A model generated the notes under the pieces. That model did no database searches, was not told the DNA's origin, and was given only the letters and a program-made list of their open reading frames with translations. DNA of 50,965 bases from the NCBI GenBank assembly GCA_002506485.1, contig DAXQ01000076.1:1-50965 (forward strand). The letters are read 5' to 3'. The position numbers and the translations under genes are program-made. Shown here piece after piece: positions 44,134 to 50,965 of this stretch. Each line of letters begins with the position of its first letter. Positions within the stretch are counted from its first letter, which is position 1. This DNA comes from Euryarchaeota archaeon UBA136. Lineage in GTDB: Archaea > Thermoplasmatota > Poseidoniia > MGIII > CG-Epi1.

Positions 44134-44183
44134 TGTTTTACTGATTCAAGGCTACCTTAATAATAACTATTCGATAAGAGCCT

Positions 44184-44981
44184 GTGAAATTTTCCGTAGT
44201 AGCTAATACTGGCCATTCAGGAATCAAGAAAATACTGACCAAGGTAATTGGTTTTCTGGATGATTTTGAACTTGAGGAGGAGACTGCTAAAGTCGTAAAT
44301 CTGAAGGGGGCGCCTCTTAGTGAATTACAGGGAGACATGGTGATTTCTCTGGGAGGCGATGGAACTTTATTGTACATTTTATCAAAAGTAAACAAGCCTA
44401 TCTTTGGAATTAACTGTGGAGGTGTTGGGTTTCTGACTGAAATGGAGCATAGCGAAGATATTTTCACGGCAATTAAAAATTTGGAAAAAGGCGAGTTTCT
44501 AAATCAGAAATTACAGCGAATTGATACCTACATCAATGAACATCTTGTTGGCTCAGCCCTTAATGAAGTCGTGTTGCATACATCCCGTGTAGCTAAAATA
44601 CAAGGATTCGAGATCCATATTGATGGCGTTCTGGCTGACAGTTTCAGAGGCGATGGCTTGATAATTTCAACGCCTACAGGGTCTACGAGCTACGCAATGT
44701 CCTTGGGTGCTCCGATATTGTACCCAACTATGGAAGCTCATATTATTGTCCCCATTGCCGCTTATAGAATCGGTGCCCGGCCTTTGGTTATTCCATCCAA
44801 TTACGAGATAACAGCAAAATTGGCTGGCAATCCTGAGGCAGTTATGGTCTTGGATGGTCAAGAGGAGATATTGATTACAATCGATGACATTATAAAGTTC
44901 AAAAAGGCATCTAAACCTGTTGAACTAATAAGATTTAAGGATAATTTCTTTGAAAAAGTAAGGAACAAATTAAGGTTGTAG
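44184..44981 (+). CDS. nadK: NAD kinase
   Basis: 265 aa with a GTG start. It has GGDGTLL, GFLTE, NEVV and STPTGSTSYAMSLGAPIL. Confidence 0.9.
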   Translation: MKFSVVANTGHSGIKKILTKVIGFLDDFELEEETAKVVNLKGAPLSELQGDMVISLGGDGTLLYILSKVNKPIFGINCGGVGFLTEMEHSEDIFTAIKNLEKGEFLNQKLQRIDTYINEHLVGSALNEVVLHTSRVAKIQGFEIHIDGVLADSFRGDGLIISTPTGSTSYAMSLGAPILYPTMEAHIIVPIAAYRIGARPLVIPSNYEITAKLAGNPEAVMVLDGQEEILITIDDIIKFKKASKPVELIRFKDNFFEKVRNKLRL

Positions 44982-44986
44982 AAAAC

Positions 44987-46465
44987 GTGAAAAAACGAAA
45001 AACTCGATTGAGAGGTACCAAGACAGCTGCCAAGTCCGAGCAGAAGAAATTAAGGAATCGACTTGACAAAATCAAGGAGCGCCCGGAGTTATTGCTGCCC
45101 CGGACCAAAGAAGGCACAACCGCCCATACCATCTATGCGAAAGTGCTGAAGGATTTGGAATTGGCCAAGGATCAATATCTGAATCCACCCAGTTTCTTTT
45201 CAGGTATTCTTGGTCCTAAACCAAGGGATACCATGGCCAAGGCTTACGCTGCTTCTCTTACGATCCTGGATTCTGGGGCTCCAGTCATGGCCATTGCCCG
45301 GTTTCCCCATGGAGAGGTAAATTATGTGATGCGTGGGTCTGGTATTTCCAAAGAAAAATTGATTGGAATCCAGAATTATCATAATAGATTATGGTCTCGT
45401 TTCGCACATCTAGACTATGTTAAAAAATACAAACTGTATATTTATGCTCTCGAGAAAGGTCTGATCTGTAGCGGTACTGATCCGCAATATCCTCCACAGT
45501 TATGGAATGAGGCATGTTCTTCTTTAAATTTGAAGGAATCAAAGGAGACACAGTTTGGAGTGAATGTATTTTGTGGTTCTATTCAGAAATCTGTTACGAT
45601 TCCCTACAAGAGACTCTTGAAATCAAAGGGGAACAGTTATAGTCATTTCCTGAAACACCAGATAGCCTTTGACCAAGACGCTGATTTTATTCTTTCAGTC
45701 AAGACTCCCTTATCTGACTTGATCTCCGATATTCCTATGAATATCTTTGATGATTATATGAAGGGAATACAGGGAGATTCCGATTTATGGGAATCAGTCA
45801 TGAACTTTCAGAAAAAGAAGATAATGGATTTAGATGAGCAAGTTTTTATCATTTCCAATAATCCAATTTCCAGAGAGAAATTAATCAAGAAAATAGGCCA
45901 CAATAAGATTGATGAAGCCATTATAGCCGATATCTTGGTTGATTATACAGAATCAATAATATTGGATAATATCACCTTATCCAGTTTCACTGAATACACT
46001 TGGGAAGCTGTAGGGCAGGATATTGCAGAAAAATTCAAACCCAATTCCTCTAGACATTACAATGGTGAAAATTCGCTTGAAATCTTGAGGAATTTATACA
46101 ATCGTATTGTTAAAGACAGCCTGACAAGTGAATATCCCAAATTCAGATCCTTGGCTGAACCCTTGCAGTTATTGGATAAAGTAGTCAGATTACTTAAATC
46201 TGGAGACAAAAATAGAGCTGTTAAGGAAATGGAAAGTTCATCATCTAATAATAATATGACTAAATCATTGTCATGGTCAGTTTTGATGTGTCTTAATGCT
46301 ACTTCAAGCAGGGCCTGGAAATACAGTAAAGAAGAGCAAGCCCTTGGTGAAACCTTGAAATCTTTTGTTCAAAGTCTAATTGATAGTAAACCATCTGAAT
46401 ATTTGGGAACATTAGAGGATATTTCAACCAGAATAGGGCTTGGAAATAAATTGGAAGTTATTTAA
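44987..46465 (+). CDS. hypothetical 492-aa protein with a strongly basic N-terminus and no recognised family
   Basis: The long ORF has a GTG start 5 nt after the nadK stop. The first about 40 residues are Lys/Arg-rich, the rest is predicted soluble, and I see no motif I recognise. Confidence 0.6.
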   Translation: MKKRKTRLRGTKTAAKSEQKKLRNRLDKIKERPELLLPRTKEGTTAHTIYAKVLKDLELAKDQYLNPPSFFSGILGPKPRDTMAKAYAASLTILDSGAPVMAIARFPHGEVNYVMRGSGISKEKLIGIQNYHNRLWSRFAHLDYVKKYKLYIYALEKGLICSGTDPQYPPQLWNEACSSLNLKESKETQFGVNVFCGSIQKSVTIPYKRLLKSKGNSYSHFLKHQIAFDQDADFILSVKTPLSDLISDIPMNIFDDYMKGIQGDSDLWESVMNFQKKKIMDLDEQVFIISNNPISREKLIKKIGHNKIDEAIIADILVDYTESIILDNITLSSFTEYTWEAVGQDIAEKFKPNSSRHYNGENSLEILRNLYNRIVKDSLTSEYPKFRSLAEPLQLLDKVVRLLKSGDKNRAVKEMESSSSNNNMTKSLSWSVLMCLNATSSRAWKYSKEEQALGETLKSFVQSLIDSKPSEYLGTLEDISTRIGLGNKLEVI

Positions 46466-46468
46466 AAC
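46457..46468 (+). promoter_or_regulatory. TATA-like element for tRNA-Val, overlapping the stop codon of the 492-aa ORF
   Basis: GTTATTTAAAAC is centred about 28 nt upstream of the tRNA 5' end (46490). Confidence 0.4.
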
Positions 46469-46489
46469 AGTCCTAGATGGAGAAAATCC

Positions 46490-46566
46490 GGGTCCGTGGT
46501 CTAGTTGGTTATGACGTCGCCTTGACATGGCGGAGATCCCCGGTTCGAATCCGGGCGGACCCACCA
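46490..46566 (+). tRNA. tRNA-Val (anticodon GAC), CCA encoded
   Basis: I folded this by hand. The acceptor is GGGTCCG/CGGACCC, the anticodon stem is TCGCC/GGCGG with loop TTGACAT, and the T-arm is CCCGG-TTCGAAT-CCGGG. Confidence 0.92.
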
Positions 46567-46592
46567 ATTCACAGCTCTAGGGATACTTGAAT

Positions 46593-47876
<1,284 letters not shown>

Positions 47877-47880
47877 ATTT

Positions 47881-48999
47881 CTAGTTTATCGGATACCTCA
47901 GCATTGCCGCTAGCCCTCCAAAAGCCTTCTGTAATGATTTTCCCTCTTCACTATCGGTTGAGATAATAGAGACCTCAGCCTTACTATTCTCTGCTAGTTC
48001 TCCCAATCTTTTTACAGTACCTTCTTCTATATTGGGCATTTTTTCCAAACCTTCGGAAATTAATAATAGATCAACTGCTCCCATTTCCAAGGCGGTATCA
48101 ACCTGCTTGATTCCATATGTCGCCAAAGTTCCTTTTGGAGACAATACTTCCTTCATGAATCGTTCCATGATGATTTTTTCTTTAATTAACTGAATTTCAG
48201 ATAATCGGTTCGCCCCTCTGGTTACTAATTCTCTAAGTCCGGTTTCATCAGTATATCCTGTATCAAAAGTATCGATTACAATCTTATTTAATTCATGGTT
48301 AAGATAATCTTTACTTAGAAAATAATCTTTTGTTGCCCCAGGTCCTCCTATTAAGATACCTTCTAGATCACTTCCAAGAAAACATTCTGTTGCCGATCTT
48401 CCAATCTTTTTGTACCATTCATGGGCTGCTTCCTCAATTAAACGCTCAAATCTTCTTTTGGATTGCCCTCCCTTTCCATGTTTGGATGGGACTTGTGAGA
48501 ACATGTGTTTTAGTGTAGTGATGGTTGCCCCTTTCAGCATTCCCAATGTAGATTCAGATCTATCTATAACAATCAGGCCGAATTGGGTTTTTGTTTCACC
48601 CAGAGCATCTAGAGGTTCGAGGAAAAAACCGGAATCACATCTATAGAGGAAAGCTGGCACAGGTTCTGGAGGGACCACTACTTCTTGAATCATCGTTGTC
48701 TGGTTTCCTCCTTTTGCTACATGACCTACAAAGAAAACAAATCCATTTTCAGGAGGATTCTTGTACATTTTAAGACGTGACATTATAGATTCTATTGCTG
48801 CACTTACATTCTTCCTAGTTGATTTTGATTTAATATTTGCAGACTGTGAGGCTTCATTACGAAGGTATGACTGAACCTCATGAATTTTACGATCTGGTGG
48901 GATGTAAAGGCTGACAAGTTCTGTAGCATGTCCTCTATGATTCTTGATTCGTTCAAGGGATTGCTTGAATTCATATTTCTGTAAGGATTCAGAACTCAT
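47881..48999 (-). CDS. prf1: peptide chain release factor aRF1
   Basis: 372 aa with the NIKS motif (SANIKSKSTRKN) and the GGQ motif (HGKGGQSKRRF). It is shorter than many aRF1s (about 410-420 aa from memory). The C-domain appears to lack the mini-domain insertion. Confidence 0.95.
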   Translation of the reverse strand: MSSESLQKYEFKQSLERIKNHRGHATELVSLYIPPDRKIHEVQSYLRNEASQSANIKSKSTRKNVSAAIESIMSRLKMYKNPPENGFVFFVGHVAKGGNQTTMIQEVVVPPEPVPAFLYRCDSGFFLEPLDALGETKTQFGLIVIDRSESTLGMLKGATITTLKHMFSQVPSKHGKGGQSKRRFERLIEEAAHEWYKKIGRSATECFLGSDLEGILIGGPGATKDYFLSKDYLNHELNKIVIDTFDTGYTDETGLRELVTRGANRLSEIQLIKEKIIMERFMKEVLSPKGTLATYGIKQVDTALEMGAVDLLLISEGLEKMPNIEEGTVKRLGELAENSKAEVSIISTDSEEGKSLQKAFGGLAAMLRYPIN

Positions 49000-49051
49000 T
49001 ATTTTTGGTAACAGGGGACCTTTTTATGATATTACTTGCACTTTATGCAGA

Positions 49052-49759
49052 TTAATTCGTGGTTACGACTCCACTTGTATCATAGTCTAAATCTACCACA
49101 TAATAGAAATATATGGGATCAGCAGTTGAGCCTGTTGGTGAATTAGGTCCGAATAGGTCTCTTCCCGTTTCTTCTCCACCTATATTTGTCCCATAACCTC
49201 TATCAACTACAAAAAAATAGGTATCCGAGTGGAGTGTAATCCCCACTTTATATTTGGACGTTTCTCCTGAACCTAATGGAGATTCTAAATCAGATAAGTA
49301 AAAATTGCTAAATCCATAGGTTTCCCCATTTACAAAGTTTTTGTAATTTTCATGGTTTAGTATCATGGCTCTGCCCGATCCTACTGTTTGGCCATTCGTA
49401 AAGGATGAAACCCACCACCCTAAATCTACAACGCCATTAATATATCCTAATTCACAAGCAAAAAATGAGTTGGAATGTACTACGGCACGTTCCGTTTCAT
49501 CATAGCTCACTTGTTCCCTAATATTTTCTACAATTGAGTTTGTTATACTATCCTTATCATTACAATAGTCCAATCCAAAATCTCCAGTGAAGCCATTATT
49601 TCCTGCAAATCCACCGGTCGTAATCAGCAAGAAGAGAATAGCAACAGGTATTACATAATCGTCATTTATGGTACCCATATCTACACCCAATAGCCCGTAA
49701 TAGAGTGCTATGGATAGTATCAATACTAAAAATATTACAAGTAATACAGACATCTCCAT
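49052..49759 (-). CDS. hypothetical membrane-anchored protein with a beta-rich extracytoplasmic domain
   Basis: 235 aa. Two N-terminal hydrophobic helices are followed by a Gly/Tyr/Asn/Thr-rich domain with two Cys. The start abuts the stop of the upstream ORF (TAAATG). Confidence 0.55.
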   Translation of the reverse strand: MEMSVLLVIFLVLILSIALYYGLLGVDMGTINDDYVIPVAILFLLITTGGFAGNNGFTGDFGLDYCNDKDSITNSIVENIREQVSYDETERAVVHSNSFFACELGYINGVVDLGWWVSSFTNGQTVGSGRAMILNHENYKNFVNGETYGFSNFYLSDLESPLGSGETSKYKVGITLHSDTYFFVVDRGYGTNIGGEETGRDLFGPNSPTGSTADPIYFYYVVDLDYDTSGVVTTN

Positions 49760-50776
49760 TTATTCCACGTCCTCTTCATTTGTATCTCTTTTTTGTAAGT
49801 TTCCGTCATCTCTCTCCTCCCGCATCTCATCCATTTCTTCCTCGAAACGTTCCTCTTCAAGGTCATCCTTTTCATCAGCCTCTTTGGGTTCACCTACCCT
49901 ATATTCCAGAAAAGTAATAATGATTCTGATAATCAGACTTATTGCTACAAAGTATATTCCTATATCAAAACCAACTTTAGCATATTGTCTTAGACTGGGG
50001 ATGAAAATATAGTTGCTTGTAATATTGAATATCAAATATATGAAAATCACAAATTTCATGCTTTGAGGTAGAAAATTTCTAAGACGGCTATATCCTGAGG
50101 AATATTCATCATCTTCTTCTGAGGGTTCACTTTTCTTTTTACTAAAGGAAGGTACGATTCGCCACATGAGATAAGGTAAAATATAAATTAAGAACAAATC
50201 GCCGGCTTTTCTTTCATCTGTTTGTACCATCCAGGCACTTTGTCCGATGACACCTAGTAGAACACCTAAGAGGAAAAAATTAATTCCAAATATCAATACT
50301 GGCATAAATCCAGTAATTATCACCCTTTCTTCTGGTATCTGGAAACTGATTCCCTTTATCAAGGACATCATCCCAACATAGATCATACAGGAGCCAAGAA
50401 AGGTGGTGAATTCCAAGTCAAAGATCCATAATACAATTCCCCCAAACATAATGAAAATCAGGCCAAAAACCGCAAAACTAATAGCCCATTGTTTTTTTAT
50501 CACTTCAGGTGGTATTTCAATTTCTTCATCAGGCTCTGGTTCCTCTTTATGATCATCCATTTCATCAGGATTGTCTATACCTTCAGATATTTCTTCTGTA
50601 CCTGAAGCCTCCTCTAAATCATATGATTGCGTCTCCAAATATTTTGAATGCGAAGGCCGAGCTAGTAGAATAGTCATTGATACTAGAAGTATGGCAGCTA
50701 GAATAACCCAAAAATATAGTTCCATCACGTAATTCCAGCCTTCTAGAAGTACTAGCATCAGGTATGTATTCGCCAC
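49760..50776 (-). CDS. hypothetical polytopic membrane protein with highly acidic loop and tail
   Basis: 338 aa with a GTG start (alternative ATGs lie 6 or 17 codons in). It has about 8 TM helices, an acidic loop (DNPDEMDDHKEEPEPDEEIE) and an acidic C-terminal about 50 aa. Confidence 0.55.
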   Translation of the reverse strand: MANTYLMLVLLEGWNYVMELYFWVILAAILLVSMTILLARPSHSKYLETQSYDLEEASGTEEISEGIDNPDEMDDHKEEPEPDEEIEIPPEVIKKQWAISFAVFGLIFIMFGGIVLWIFDLEFTTFLGSCMIYVGMMSLIKGISFQIPEERVIITGFMPVLIFGINFFLLGVLLGVIGQSAWMVQTDERKAGDLFLIYILPYLMWRIVPSFSKKKSEPSEEDDEYSSGYSRLRNFLPQSMKFVIFIYLIFNITSNYIFIPSLRQYAKVGFDIGIYFVAISLIIRIIITFLEYRVGEPKEADEKDDLEEERFEEEMDEMREERDDGNLQKRDTNEEDVE

Positions 50777-50848
50777 CAGAATAAATCAACTTGTTGGAGT
50801 GTGACATTCGAAATTCAATTTAGCGCTAGGCAGCCAACCCTCAATCTT

Positions 50849-50965
50849 AGGAGGTGATCCATCCGCAGGTTCCCCTACGGATACCTTGTTACGACTTAAC
50901 CCTCCTCGCTGAACCCAGATTCGAGCGTGTCAGAAGACAAACCCTCGTCCAGACCCAACTAAGGT
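50849..50965 (-). rRNA. rrs: 16S rRNA, 3'-terminal 117 nt (the gene continues beyond the window)
   Basis: The reverse complement ends ...AAGTCGTAACAAGGTATCCGTAGGGGAACCTGCGGATGGATCACCTCCT. This is the universal helix-45 region and anti-Shine-Dalgarno tail. Confidence 0.95.

Noticed and set aside
47881-48999. Truncated aRF1 (372 aa) as a pseudogene
   Set aside because: NIKS and GGQ are intact and the ORF is uninterrupted. It is tightly followed by aspS. The shorter length is explained by absence of the variable C-domain insertion, not by truncation.

Overview
This is a gene-dense, low-GC archaeal chromosomal segment (roughly 40% GC by eye, not computed) with almost no intergenic space. Many neighbouring genes overlap by 1-8 nt.

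Archaeal identity is read directly from the translations. They include a thermosome, aIF-2 gamma, ribosomal proteins S6e and L18e-L13-S9 followed by RNA polymerase subunit N, aRF1, aTrm56, Taw3/Trm5, and diphthine and deoxyhypusine synthases. The 3' terminus of a 16S rRNA sits at the right edge. A planktonic Thermoplasmatota-like lineage (Marine Group II/III-like) is my guess, and that is inference only.

I call about 58 CDS, three tRNAs (Leu-UAG, Pro-GGG, Val-GAC, all with encoded CCA), a partial 16S rRNA and a few TATA-like promoters. I saw no CRISPR array, transposase, integrase or prophage signal.

The most interesting part is the 11.7 kb nuoA-B-C-D-H-I-J1-J2-K-L-M-N cluster (21217-32661). 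It lacks the NADH-input genes nuoEFG and carries three non-canonical additions:
- NuoI has a second 2x[4Fe-4S] ferredoxin module.
- NuoJ is split, and its second half carries about 190 aa of tandem Ig/Fn3-like repeats in a predicted outer loop.
- A signal-peptide-led type-1 copper (cupredoxin) domain with all four Cu ligands is fused to the N-terminus of NuoM.

Convergent with this cluster are a polyprenyl synthase and a PAS::MenA/UbiA prenyltransferase fusion, which points to quinone supply.

Other points worth a second look:
- A stand-alone bacterial-type AceE (pyruvate dehydrogenase E1) lies behind a conserved archaeal translation operon.
- The 16S rRNA gene is followed by protein genes, not by an ITS tRNA and 23S.
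- There is an orphan 492-aa protein, a two-gene membrane module and an ABC exporter operon led by an 11-mer-repeat protein.
- Several ORFs fall below the ORF-track cutoff.
- Compaction is extreme, with TTAA stop-stop overlaps and a CDS end overlapping an antisense tRNA.
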